A program made the position numbers and the translations under genes. Positions 46,206 through 55,260 of a stretch of 64,000 nt of DNA are shown here, piece by piece. The notes beneath the pieces were generated by a model, which was not told the DNA's origin, ran no database searches, and saw only the letters and a program-made list of their open reading frames with translations. The stretch covers positions 8,464-72,463 of the forward strand of contig JAZDGD010000001.1 of NCBI GenBank assembly GCA_043807255.1, in the 5' to 3' direction. Numbering within the stretch: position 1 is the stretch's first letter; each line of letters begins with the position of its first letter. The stretch comes from Patescibacteria group bacterium (lineage in GTDB: Bacteria > Patescibacteriota > Minisyncoccia > RBG-13-40-8-A).

Positions 46206-48305
46206 ATGAAAAATAAATTTACACAACTAAAAAAAAGAGACGGACGGATTGTTGATTTTGATCAGGACAAGGTTACCGAAGCAATTTTTAAAGCGCTAAC
46301 AGCTACCAATGAGGGAGGGCGAGGTATCGCCAAAAAACTCTCCAATAAAGTGGTAGTTTTTTTAAATAAACGATTTAAAAAAGATCACATTCCTGCGGTT
46401 GAAGAGATTCAGGATTTAGTTGAAGAGGTTTTAATTCTTGCTGATTATGCAGAAACTGCACGTTCTTTTATTCTTTATCGCGAACAAAGAAGAAAGATTA
46501 GAGAAATCGAAAAAGCAACCCAAGAGAGCGTGGATATGGTGAGCAGTTATATTGAAGAACTTGATTGGCAGGTGCATGAAAATAGTAATATGAATTATTC
46601 TCTACAGGGACTTCATGATTATACTTCAAGTTCGATTACAAAAATTTATTGGTTGAATAAAGTTTATCCACAAGAAATACGAGAAGCAGTACAATCGGGC
46701 GATTTTCATATTCACGATTTAGGATATTTGGCTCCTTATTGTTGTGGTTGGGATTTAACAGATTTATTAATTAAGGGATTCAAGGGTGTTGCGGGCAAAA
46801 TAGAGACCAAACCAGCAAAACATTTTCGTACCGCCTTAAATCATATTGTGAATTTTTTCTATACATTACAGGGCGAAACGGCAGGAGCAGAAGCGTTTTC
46901 TAATTTCGATACATTATTAGCGCCATTCATTCGGTATGATGATTTAGATTATTTGCAGGTAAAACAATGTTTGCAAGAATTTTTATTCGGTTGCAATGTG
47001 CCAACTCGCGTTGGATTTCAAACCCCATTTACAAATATAACTATGGATTTGGTCGTGCCAGAAAATTTAAAAAACAATCCAGTAATTATTGGTGGCAAGG
47101 CACAGAAAGAATCTTATAAGGAATTTCAGAAAGAAATGGATATGTTGAATAGGGCATTTGCAGAATTAATGGCAGAAGGAGATGCAACCGGAAGAGTGTT
47201 CACTTTTCCCATCCCAACATATAATATTACCAAGAATTTTCAATGGGACAATCCGGTTTTAGATTCGGTTTGGGAAATGACAGCAAAATATGGTATTCCA
47301 TATTTTGCTAATTTTATCAATAGTGAAATGAGCCCTGAAGATGCGCGATCAATGTGTTGTCGCTTGCGACTTGATAACAGAGAATTATATAAAAGAGGAG
47401 GAGGGTTGTTTGGTGCGGCACCTTTGACTGGTTCTGTGGGCGTAGTTACAATTAATATGCCAAGAATTGGATACCTTTCAAAATCAAAAGAAGAATTTTT
47501 AAATCGCTTGAAACAATTAATGGATTTGGCAAAAGATTCTTTGGAAATAAAAAGAAAAACCATAGAAACATTTACGGAAAAAGGATTGTATCCTTATGCA
47601 AAATATTATTTAGAGGGCGTGAAAAAAATGCGTGGAAGTTATTGGGGAAATCATTTTTCAACAATCGGATTGATTGGCATGAACGAGGCATTGCTTAATT
47701 TTATGAAAAAAGACATTACTAGTTCTGAGGGCAGAAAATTTGCAATTGAAGTTCTAGAATTTATGCGCGAGAGAATGAAAATATACCAAGAGGCAACTGA
47801 CAATATGTACAATCTCGAAGCGTCGCCAGGAGAGGGAACCGCATATAGATTAGCGAAAATGGACAGAAAGCAATATCCGAACATTATCACTGCGGGTAAT
47901 GGCGAACCATATTATACTAATTCCACACAACTTCCAGTTGATCACACCGACGATTTATTTGAAGCAATAAAAATGCAAGACGATTTACAAATTAAATATA
48001 CTGGCGGAACAGTGTTTCATGGATTTATTGGTGAAAAAATTTCCGATAATGAAACAGTAAAAAGTTTAATTAAAAAAGTATTTACAAAATTTCATTTACC
48101 ATATTTTACAATTACTCCCACATTTAGTATCTGTCCAACACACGGATATATCTCGGGGGAACATTTTACTTGTCCCAAATGTACAATTGAACAGCCGTGT
48201 GAGGTTTATTCTCGCATTGTGGGCTATATTAGACCGGTACAGCAGTGGAACAAGGGTAAACAGCAAGAGTTCAGAGAGAGAAAGAAATTTGAAATAAAAA
48301 TTTAA
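46206..48305 (+). CDS. nrdD: Anaerobic ribonucleoside-triphosphate reductase (class III)
   Basis: N-terminal ATP-cone; the C-terminal glycyl-radical motif RIVGYIRPV...WNKGK and a CxxC zinc ribbon. Confidence 0.9.
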   Translation: MKNKFTQLKKRDGRIVDFDQDKVTEAIFKALTATNEGGRGIAKKLSNKVVVFLNKRFKKDHIPAVEEIQDLVEEVLILADYAETARSFILYREQRRKIREIEKATQESVDMVSSYIEELDWQVHENSNMNYSLQGLHDYTSSSITKIYWLNKVYPQEIREAVQSGDFHIHDLGYLAPYCCGWDLTDLLIKGFKGVAGKIETKPAKHFRTALNHIVNFFYTLQGETAGAEAFSNFDTLLAPFIRYDDLDYLQVKQCLQEFLFGCNVPTRVGFQTPFTNITMDLVVPENLKNNPVIIGGKAQKESYKEFQKEMDMLNRAFAELMAEGDATGRVFTFPIPTYNITKNFQWDNPVLDSVWEMTAKYGIPYFANFINSEMSPEDARSMCCRLRLDNRELYKRGGGLFGAAPLTGSVGVVTINMPRIGYLSKSKEEFLNRLKQLMDLAKDSLEIKRKTIETFTEKGLYPYAKYYLEGVKKMRGSYWGNHFSTIGLIGMNEALLNFMKKDITSSEGRKFAIEVLEFMRERMKIYQEATDNMYNLEASPGEGTAYRLAKMDRKQYPNIITAGNGEPYYTNSTQLPVDHTDDLFEAIKMQDDLQIKYTGGTVFHGFIGEKISDNETVKSLIKKVFTKFHLPYFTITPTFSICPTHGYISGEHFTCPKCTIEQPCEVYSRIVGYIRPVQQWNKGKQQEFRERKKFEIKI

Positions 48306-48309
48306 ATAT

Positions 48310-49071
48310 ATGAAGATTGGGGGTTTGCAAAAATTAACTCTCGTTGATTATCCAAACAAAATTGCAGCAACAGTATTTTTAACTGGCTGCAATTTTAAAT
48401 GTGGCTTTTGTCATAATCCTAGTCTTGTAGACGTAAAACGGAGGACAGACCTCCGTAATTACGGAGGTCTGTCCTCCGTAGAATTCTTTGATTTTTTAAA
48501 ATCAAAACAAGGATTGATTGATGGAATTTGTGTTACTGGCGGAGAACCAACCATAAATTCTAATTTAGTTGAATTCATCAAAAGAATAAAAGAATTAAAT
48601 TTTTCAATTAAACTAGATACCAACGGGAGCAACCCTGAAATGTTACAGGAGTTAATCAAACAAAAATTATTAGACTTTATTGCCATGGACATCAAGACAT
48701 CTGTGGATGTTAAAAATCCAAAATCCCATGCCTACCGGCAGGCAGGCAAAATCCAAAATTCAAAATACGACAAAGCGACGGGAACGAACGTAAATATCGA
48801 AAACATAATGAAAAGTGTAGAAATAATAAAAAATTCTAAAATAGATTATGAATTTAGAACAACGGTTGTGCCAGGCATAGTTAATAGGGAAGATATTGAA
48901 AGAATTGGTAAATGGTTAAAGGGCGTAAAAAAATTCTCCTTACAGCAATTTAGAAATCAAAAGGTTTTAAACAAAGAATTTGAAAAAGTTATACCATACC
49001 GGGACGATACATTAAAAGAGTTTAAAAAAATATTAGAAAAATATATTAAAAACGTGGAACTAAGAATTTGA
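48310..49071 (+). CDS. nrdG: Anaerobic RNR activating protein (radical SAM)
   Basis: CNFKCGFCHN radical-SAM cluster motif. It contains an in-frame perfect 41-nt palindrome. Confidence 0.85.
   Translation: MKIGGLQKLTLVDYPNKIAATVFLTGCNFKCGFCHNPSLVDVKRRTDLRNYGGLSSVEFFDFLKSKQGLIDGICVTGGEPTINSNLVEFIKRIKELNFSIKLDTNGSNPEMLQELIKQKLLDFIAMDIKTSVDVKNPKSHAYRQAGKIQNSKYDKATGTNVNIENIMKSVEIIKNSKIDYEFRTTVVPGIVNREDIERIGKWLKGVKKFSLQQFRNQKVLNKEFEKVIPYRDDTLKEFKKILEKYIKNVELRI
48439..48479. repeat. Perfect palindrome cggaggacagacctccgtaattacggaggtctgtcctccg inside the nrdG CDS
   Basis: Read directly from the sequence. It encodes RRTDLRNYGGLSS in frame. Confidence 0.85.
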
Positions 49072-49115
49072 CTTTATTTAAAAAAAGAGTATATTGATGA
49101 ATAGGGAGGAACGAC

Positions 49116-49298
49116 ATGAAAAAAGAAAGTTGGATTTGTCCTTTTTGTGGCCAAGCGAACCGGAGAAACAAAACCAAGTGTGAGTTTTGCAAGCAGAAAA
49201 AGCCAGCGTATCAACTTCCTTCGGACGCAGGGGGCAAGGAAGAAAGTGCATTCGGCAAGACGTACTATGGGTTGACCGGGATCTTTGCGGGGGAATAA
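49116..49298 (+). CDS. Small zinc-ribbon protein (RanBP2-like CxxC...CxxC)
   Basis: WICPFCGQANRRNKTKCEFC; followed by a terminator hairpin gcgggggaataacccccgc plus a T-run at 49290-49320. Confidence 0.4.
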   Translation: MKKESWICPFCGQANRRNKTKCEFCKQKKPAYQLPSDAGGKEESAFGKTYYGLTGIFAGE

Positions 49299-49330
49299 CC
49301 CCCGCTTTTATTTTATGATAAAATTAACTT

Positions 49331-50740
49331 ATGAAGATATCAAACATTTTTTTGATTATCTGCCTGATATTTATTATTGTTGTATTTTTTGTGTCTCCGG
49401 AAATGTTAGAAAAAAATATCCCTCAATTCCTGCCGGACGAGGGAATGCTTGCCCCGCAAAATGCGGGGTTTGTTGGGAAAATTATTAAAGAGCCGACTAT
49501 CAAAAGTAACAGTATTCAGTTAACAGTTAAAACCGAATTTGGGAAAATTTTAATTACCATCCCGAATTATCCGGAATATTTTTATGGAGACATCTTAAAA
49601 ATTAATGGCAAAATACAATTCCCGGTTATTTTTGTCCTAAAGTCGCCAGAGGCGACTCGGACCCCGACCGCCGAAGGCGGTCTAGGGGACGAATTTAATT
49701 ACAAAAACTACTTAGCCAAAGATAAAATTTATTATGTTAGTTATTATCCGAAAATAGAAATTTTAGACAGAGGTCAGGGCAATAAGATTTTTTCTGGAAT
49801 TTTAAAATTTAAAAATAATCTTACGAAAAAAGTAGAAACTTTAATGCCGTTTCCAGAAGTTTCAATTTTGGAGGGAATTATTTTGGGTAATAAACAAATA
49901 TTTTCAGAACAAATTAAAAACAATTTAAGTATCACCGGCACAAGTCACATTACGGCAATTTCAGGAATGAACATCGTAATTATTTCTGAAATTTTAATGA
50001 TTGTTTTGATTGGATTGGGATTGTGGCGGAAACAAGCGTTTTATTTTGTTTTAGTTTTAATTTTTCTTTTTATTCTAATGGTTGGTGCGCCCGCTTCAGC
50101 TGTACGTGCGGGGATTATGGGTATGATTTTTCTTTATGCAAAAAAAGTTGGCCGCTTGAGCGGTGCAATGCGAATTATGATTTTTGCGGGCGCAATCATG
50201 CTCGCGTTTAATCCGTTGTTATTAAGATACGACGTTGGGTTTCAATTGTCTTTTATCGCTGTAATTGGCTTGATTTACATCAAGCCAATTTTTGATGGGT
50301 GGTGGGGGAAATTATTGAAAAGAGAATATATTGGTTCTATTTTAGAGATTATTGATACGACGATTGCTGCACAAATATCGGTTTTGGGTATTTTGGTTTA
50401 TAATTTTGGAAAAATTTCTTTTATTTCGCCAATTACCAATATTTTAATTGTGCCATTTATAACCCTGCTTACAATTATTGGGATGATTTTTGTTGGGGGA
50501 GTGATGGTGTCTGGTTTTTTGGGAAAAATTTTACTTTGGCCGGCATATCTAGGTTCGGCCTATGTTCTACGAATAATTGATTGGTTTGCCAAAATTTCAT
50601 GGGCATCAAAAGAAATTTCAGGCGTGCATTGGCTTTGGGTTGTTGGATATTATGTTGTATTGGTTGGATTAATTGTTTTATATAATTATTATCAAAAGAA
50701 GAAATATTCGGTCCTTGAAGGACCGAATATTATGGGTTAA
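49331..50740 (+). CDS. comEC: ComEC/Rec2 competence-channel domain protein
   Basis: Competence domain motif (ITGTSHITAISGMNIVII) in a multi-TM protein. The C-terminus (YSVLEGPNI) is encoded by a REP family 2 copy. Confidence 0.75.
   Translation: MKISNIFLIICLIFIIVVFFVSPEMLEKNIPQFLPDEGMLAPQNAGFVGKIIKEPTIKSNSIQLTVKTEFGKILITIPNYPEYFYGDILKINGKIQFPVIFVLKSPEATRTPTAEGGLGDEFNYKNYLAKDKIYYVSYYPKIEILDRGQGNKIFSGILKFKNNLTKKVETLMPFPEVSILEGIILGNKQIFSEQIKNNLSITGTSHITAISGMNIVIISEILMIVLIGLGLWRKQAFYFVLVLIFLFILMVGAPASAVRAGIMGMIFLYAKKVGRLSGAMRIMIFAGAIMLAFNPLLLRYDVGFQLSFIAVIGLIYIKPIFDGWWGKLLKREYIGSILEIIDTTIAAQISVLGILVYNFGKISFISPITNILIVPFITLLTIIGMIFVGGVMVSGFLGKILLWPAYLGSAYVLRIIDWFAKISWASKEISGVHWLWVVGYYVVLVGLIVLYNYYQKKKYSVLEGPNIMG
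50703..50731. repeat. REP family 2 palindrome (AATATTCGGTCCTTGAAGGACCGAATATT)
   Basis: Read directly; other copies at 50896-50923 (inside the RAYT CDS), 51401-51429 and 32001-32028. Confidence 0.85.
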
Positions 50741-50750
50741 AATAAAATAT

Positions 50751-51401
50751 ATGGCAGAAATTTATCATATTTTAAATAGGTCAATAGATAAAAAGAAAAT
50801 ATTTTTAAATGACAAAGATTATTTTAGATTTGTCCACGATTTATTTGAATTTAACGACGAAAGCCTAGCAAGTAAATATTCGGTCCTTGAAGGACCGAAT
50901 ATTAGAAAGCCAAGAAAATTGCTGGTAAATATTCATGCGTTTTGTCTGATGCCGAATCATTATCACTTATTGATAAGTGAAATAAGAGAAGGTGGGATTT
51001 CAAAATTTATGCAAAAACTTGGCGCTGGCTATGTTAGATATTTTAACGCCAGATACAAGCGCAAAGGAACCATCTTCGAGAGTCGTTATAAATCAATTTT
51101 AATCAGTAACTCTAATCATTTTCTCAATCTTCCGTATTATATTCATCTAAATCCGCTAGATCTTAAGTTCCCAGAATGGAGGGAGAGAAAAATAAAAGAT
51201 TACAACAAGGCAACAGAATATTTAGACAAGTATAGATGGTCTAGCCATATGGACTATTCAAATATTAAGAATTTTCCGTCAGTTACAGACCGAAAATTAT
51301 TATTAGATATATTTGGCGGAGAAGAGAAGTATAAACAAAGCATAAATAGATGGTTAAAAGAAATGGAAATAGGCGACATGGGGGAATTGATATTAGAATA
51401 A
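50751..51401 (+). mobile_element. REP-associated tyrosine transposase (RAYT / IS200-like TnpA), copy 2
   Basis: HxH motif (FCLMPNHYHLLI) and a Tyr region (YKRKGTIFESRY). It is about 50% identical to copy 1 and flanked by REP family 2 palindromes. Confidence 0.75.
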
Positions 51402-51429
51402 ATATTCGGTCCTCGAAGGACCGAATATT
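51401..51429. repeat. REP family 2 palindrome (AATATTCGGTCCTCGAAGGACCGAATATT)
   Basis: Read directly; it overlaps the RAYT stop codon. Confidence 0.85.
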
Positions 51430-51435
51430 TATTTA

Positions 51436-52329
51436 TTGTTGAATAAAAAAAGCCCGTGGCGAAACAAATTTATCACAATGATTAGAAAATATCAAGGGAA
51501 AATTTTATTAAGCCTATTGACGATTACGATAATCGTTTGGATTTTTGTATTTCAAGAGTCAATTCCGAATAAGTTTTTGGAGATTGATTTTTTGGATGTC
51601 GGACAGGGCGATGCAATTTTTATTGAAACATTAAACAAAAAACAAATGTTAATCGACGGCGGACCGAATTTAAGCGTTTTAGAAAAATTGGGCGAAGTTA
51701 TGCCGTTTTATGATCGATATATTGATGTTGTTTTGTTAACCCACCCCGAACAGGATCATATGAATGGTTTAATTGAGGTTCTAAAGAGATATAATGTTGG
51801 AGTTATTGTATTTAATGGGATTATCAGAGACACGGCACAATATCATGAATTTGTAAATTTAATTGGAAACAAAAAAACTCCAATCTATATTGCACAAGCC
51901 GGTGAAAAGATTGATTTTGGCAACGGTATCAATTTAGATATTTTGTATCCATTTGAAAGCATGGAAAACAAAAAATTGTCTGATTCGAATAATTATTCGG
52001 TTGTTGGGAAATTAATCTACAAGAATTTTAGCGTACTATTTACGGGCGATATAGAAAAGAGCACTGAAAATAAATTAATTAAAGCAAAAGTTGATTTAAG
52101 TGCTGATATTATAAAAATTGCACATCATGGTAGTAAAACCTCGACCAGTGACGCATTTTTGAACGCAGTAAATGCAATAATGGCGATAATTGAGGTCGGA
52201 AAAGATAATTCTTATGGCCATCCGCACCCAGACGTTATGAGCCGACTGAAGAATTTAATTGTTTTACAAACTAGCAACGAAGGCACTATACAAATTCTAA
52301 CCGACGGAGAAAAGATTATTAAAAAATAA
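51436..52329 (+). CDS. Metallo-beta-lactamase fold protein (ComEC C-terminal-domain-like), separate ORF
   Basis: N-terminal TM, then MBL motifs (DVGQGDAIFIE, THPEQDHMNGL, AHHGSKTS). Confidence 0.7.
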   Translation: MLNKKSPWRNKFITMIRKYQGKILLSLLTITIIVWIFVFQESIPNKFLEIDFLDVGQGDAIFIETLNKKQMLIDGGPNLSVLEKLGEVMPFYDRYIDVVLLTHPEQDHMNGLIEVLKRYNVGVIVFNGIIRDTAQYHEFVNLIGNKKTPIYIAQAGEKIDFGNGINLDILYPFESMENKKLSDSNNYSVVGKLIYKNFSVLFTGDIEKSTENKLIKAKVDLSADIIKIAHHGSKTSTSDAFLNAVNAIMAIIEVGKDNSYGHPHPDVMSRLKNLIVLQTSNEGTIQILTDGEKIIKK

Positions 52330-52355
52330 GTGAAATTGTGATAGAATAGAGGTAT

Positions 52356-52751
52356 ATGAAAAACTACGAATGGTATCAGCAATTAATTAGGCCGTCGTGG
52401 GCTCCGCCTTCGTGGCTTTTTGGTCCGGTTTGGACGGTTTTGTATGCTTTGATTGCAATTTCGTTTGGCAAGGTTTTTATGATGGCATTTCAAAAGAAAA
52501 TTAGTTTTATTGTTGTGCTACCATTTATTTTAAATCTCATTTTTAATTTTGCGTTTACGCCGATCCAGTTCGGCTTACAAAACAATATTTTAGCAGCAAT
52601 TGATATCTTGTTGGTGCTTGGTACATTAATCTGGGCAATGATCGCGATTTTCCCACACATGAAATGGGTTGCATATATTAACATTCCATATCTTTTGTGG
52701 GTTTGTTTCGCAACAGTGTTGCAATTAACGGTAACATTCTTAAATAGGTAA
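52356..52751 (+). CDS. tspO: TspO/MBR family tryptophan-rich membrane protein
   Basis: WYQQLIRPSWAPPSWLFGPVWTVLY signature. Confidence 0.75.
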   Translation: MKNYEWYQQLIRPSWAPPSWLFGPVWTVLYALIAISFGKVFMMAFQKKISFIVVLPFILNLIFNFAFTPIQFGLQNNILAAIDILLVLGTLIWAMIAIFPHMKWVAYINIPYLLWVCFATVLQLTVTFLNR

Positions 52752-52760
52752 AAATAGAAC

Positions 52761-53159
52761 ATGTTTAAAGATTTATTGGAAAAATTAAAAAAACTAAATT
52801 TGCCGAAAGGTAAATTTGCGATATTTGGAAGCGGACCAATGATAGTAAGGGGACTGAAGGAATCGGGAAACATAGATCTTGTTGTAACGCGAGATGTTTT
52901 TGAGGAATTTAGAGATAAAGAAGGATGGAGTGCAAAACTTGAAACTTGCGATGGACTGCAAAATGGTGATATTGAAATGTATTATGAGTGGGGACCGGGC
53001 GAATGGGATGTTGAAAAATTAATAAACGAAGCGGAAATAATAGATGGTTTGTCATTTGCAAGAATGGAAGAGGTTTTAAGGTGGAAGAAAGTATATAATA
53101 GAGAAAAGGATCAAAAGGACATAGAATTAATTGAGAAATATTTAGAAAATAAAAAATAA
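52761..53159 (+). CDS. Minimal nucleotidyltransferase (MNT)-fold protein, hypothetical
   Basis: GSGxx...SDIDL-like motif (FGSGPMIVRGLKESGNIDLVV). Confidence 0.3.
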   Translation: MFKDLLEKLKKLNLPKGKFAIFGSGPMIVRGLKESGNIDLVVTRDVFEEFRDKEGWSAKLETCDGLQNGDIEMYYEWGPGEWDVEKLINEAEIIDGLSFARMEEVLRWKKVYNREKDQKDIELIEKYLENKK

Positions 53160-53161
53160 AA

Positions 53162-53196
53162 TAAAAAAGACAATCCGAAAAGATTGTTTTTTTTAT
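53162..53196 (+). terminator. Rho-independent terminator (gacaatccgaaaagattgtc followed by a T-run)
   Basis: Stem-loop followed by TTTTTTTT. Confidence 0.6.
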
Positions 53197-53232
53197 TGGG
53201 CAAGCCGTCGCCAAGGCTATGGCATTGCGAGG

Positions 53233-53303
53233 TCGGGCTGCCGAGAATCGAACTCGGGCCACACCCACCCCATGGGCGCGTACTGCCACTATACTACAGC
53301 CCG
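53233..53303 (-). tRNA. tRNA-Pro (anticodon GGG)
   Basis: Acceptor CGGGCTG/CAGCCCG, anticodon stem CGCCC/GGGTG, loop AUGGGGU (GGG with G37) and T-arm CCGAGTTCGATTCTCGG. Confidence 0.8.
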
Positions 53304-53313
53304 TAATTGGGGC

Positions 53314-53502
53314 TTATTTCTTTTTTCCAATTTGCTTAATACACTTTACACAAGCTTTAATTCTTTGACCATTAGCCAAAGTTGTCCATTGTAAATTTGG
53401 ATATCTTCTTGATTTGCAAGTAGGATTATATTTGCTGCGTAGCTTTTTTCGTGTTACGCTCATTATAGATGTTTTCCCGCAAAGGGAACATATTCTTGAC
53501 AT
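53314..53502 (-). CDS. rpmB: 50S ribosomal protein L28
   Basis: MSRICSLCGK...RRYPNLQ matches L28. Confidence 0.8.
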   Translation of the reverse strand: MSRICSLCGKTSIMSVTRKKLRSKYNPTCKSRRYPNLQWTTLANGQRIKACVKCIKQIGKKK

Positions 53503-53609
53503 AAAATTATTCCCCGCCCGCAACGCCAAGCGTAGCTTTGGCGGGCAGGTAATTATTCTAATTTCTAATTAACCTAATTAAATTTAACACGGAATTAAAA
53601 ATTTAGCAA

Positions 53610-54203
53610 ATGTCTTCAATTGAAACAAAAATATTCATATATATAATCATAATCTTCTCTGCGATCATTCACGAGTACTGTCATGCTTGGGCTGCTTTTG
53701 CTCAGGGTGATCATACTGCCAAGAACGCAGGGAGATTGACCCTGAACCCAATCCCACATATTGATATTTATGGGACAGTGATTATTCCATTGTTCTTTTT
53801 GTTTTTTGTTGGCGGTTTTCTGGGTTGGGCAAAACCAGTGCCAATCAATCCTTATAACTTTAAAAACCAGAAATGGGGATTAACCTTCGTTTCTTTGGCC
53901 GGGCCAGCTTCTAATTTATTTATCGCTTTGGTTCTGGGATTGTTAATTAGGTTTTCCGTTTTTCCATTTTTGACTATGCCATTTGGATGGATAGCTTACA
54001 TTAATATATTTTTGGCATTGTTCAATTTGATTCCCATGCCACCGCTTGATGGCTCAAAGTTATTAATCAACAAATTTCCCAAATTGGAAGAAAAATTTGG
54101 CAAATCATTTGTTGGGACATTTATTGCTTTAGCGATTGCAATTACAATCTTACCAACCATCGCAAGTTTCATTTTTACAATTTTCGCCGGACATACGATA
54201 TAA
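53610..54203 (+). CDS. Site-2 protease family (M50-like) membrane zinc metalloprotease
   Basis: HEYCHAW (HExxH) at the start of a TM helix, and a downstream LDG motif. Confidence 0.6.
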   Translation: MSSIETKIFIYIIIIFSAIIHEYCHAWAAFAQGDHTAKNAGRLTLNPIPHIDIYGTVIIPLFFLFFVGGFLGWAKPVPINPYNFKNQKWGLTFVSLAGPASNLFIALVLGLLIRFSVFPFLTMPFGWIAYINIFLALFNLIPMPPLDGSKLLINKFPKLEEKFGKSFVGTFIALAIAITILPTIASFIFTIFAGHTI

Positions 54204-54295
54204 GATGGGGATATATTTGACAAGAGATTTTTTTAACGCTATTATTTGAATAACTCAATAATTGAGAGAGTTATTTTTTTATACAGAATTTATTT

Positions 54296-54742
54296 ATGCC
54301 GACAATACATCAATTAATTAAACGACCAAGAAAAGCTTTGAAGTCAAAAACAACAACGCCTGCTTTAAGGCGTGGTTTTAATGTTAAAAAAAATAGACCA
54401 ATAAAAGGTTTTTCTCCATTTAAACGAGGTGTTTGTTTAAAGGTTTTTACAATTACACCCAAAAAACCAAATTCAGCATTGAGAAAAGTTGCCAGGGTTC
54501 GTCTCACCAATCAAATGGAAGTAACGGCATATATCCCAGGCGAAGGTCATAATTTACAGGAACATTCCGTGGTTGTGCTTCGTGGTGGGAGAGTAAAGGA
54601 TTTGCCAGGTGTTAGATATCATATTGTTCGAGGGATATTAGATACCGTTGGAGTTGAGGGTAGAAAACAACAAAGATCAAAATATGGTGCTAAAAAACTC
54701 GCCGCAAGCGCGAAGCGCAAGCAGGCGAGCCCGCCACAATAG
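54296..54742 (+). CDS. rpsL: 30S ribosomal protein S12
   Basis: [12 protein letters not shown]...[15 protein letters not shown]; the C-terminal extension is basic. Confidence 0.9.
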   Translation: MPTIHQLIKRPRKALKSKTTTPALRRGFNVKKNRPIKGFSPFKRGVCLKVFTITPKKPNSALRKVARVRLTNQMEVTAYIPGEGHNLQEHSVVVLRGGRVKDLPGVRYHIVRGILDTVGVEGRKQQRSKYGAKKLAASAKRKQASPPQ

Positions 54743-54782
54743 TCGCATAGCGACTTTTGGGCGGGGATTCTCCCCAAAATTT

Positions 54783-55256
54783 ATGAGAAGAAAACAAGCG
54801 GCAAAAATTGAATTAAATCCAGATCCAAGATATAACAGTATTTTGGTTTCTAAATTTGTAAACAATTTGATGATTGGAGGGAAGAAATCAACTGCTCAGA
54901 CTATTTTTTATACCGCGATGGATACGGCAGCAAAACAATTAAAAAAGGAAGAAAGCGCTTTAGAAATCTTTGAACAAGCGATTAAAAACACTTCACCGCT
55001 TTTGGAGGTTAAGTCTAAAAGAGTTGGAGGAGCTAATTATCAGGTTCCTTACGAGGTAAAAGGCAAAAGGAAAGAAGCATTATCAATGCGTTGGATTATT
55101 GGTGCGACTCGAAAAAGCAAAGGCAAACCAACCGCGGAAAAATTAGCCAAAGAACTAATGGATGCTTATAATAATACTGGCGAGGCAGTTAAAAAGAAAG
55201 AAGAAACACATCGTGTAGCGGAAGCAAACAGAGCTTTTGCACATTTTGCATGGTAA
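54783..55256 (+). CDS. rpsG: 30S ribosomal protein S7
   Basis: [19 protein letters not shown]...[11 protein letters not shown] is the S7 N-terminus. Confidence 0.9.
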   Translation: MRRKQAAKIELNPDPRYNSILVSKFVNNLMIGGKKSTAQTIFYTAMDTAAKQLKKEESALEIFEQAIKNTSPLLEVKSKRVGGANYQVPYEVKGKRKEALSMRWIIGATRKSKGKPTAEKLAKELMDAYNNTGEAVKKKEETHRVAEANRAFAHFAW

Positions 55257-55260
55257 ATAT

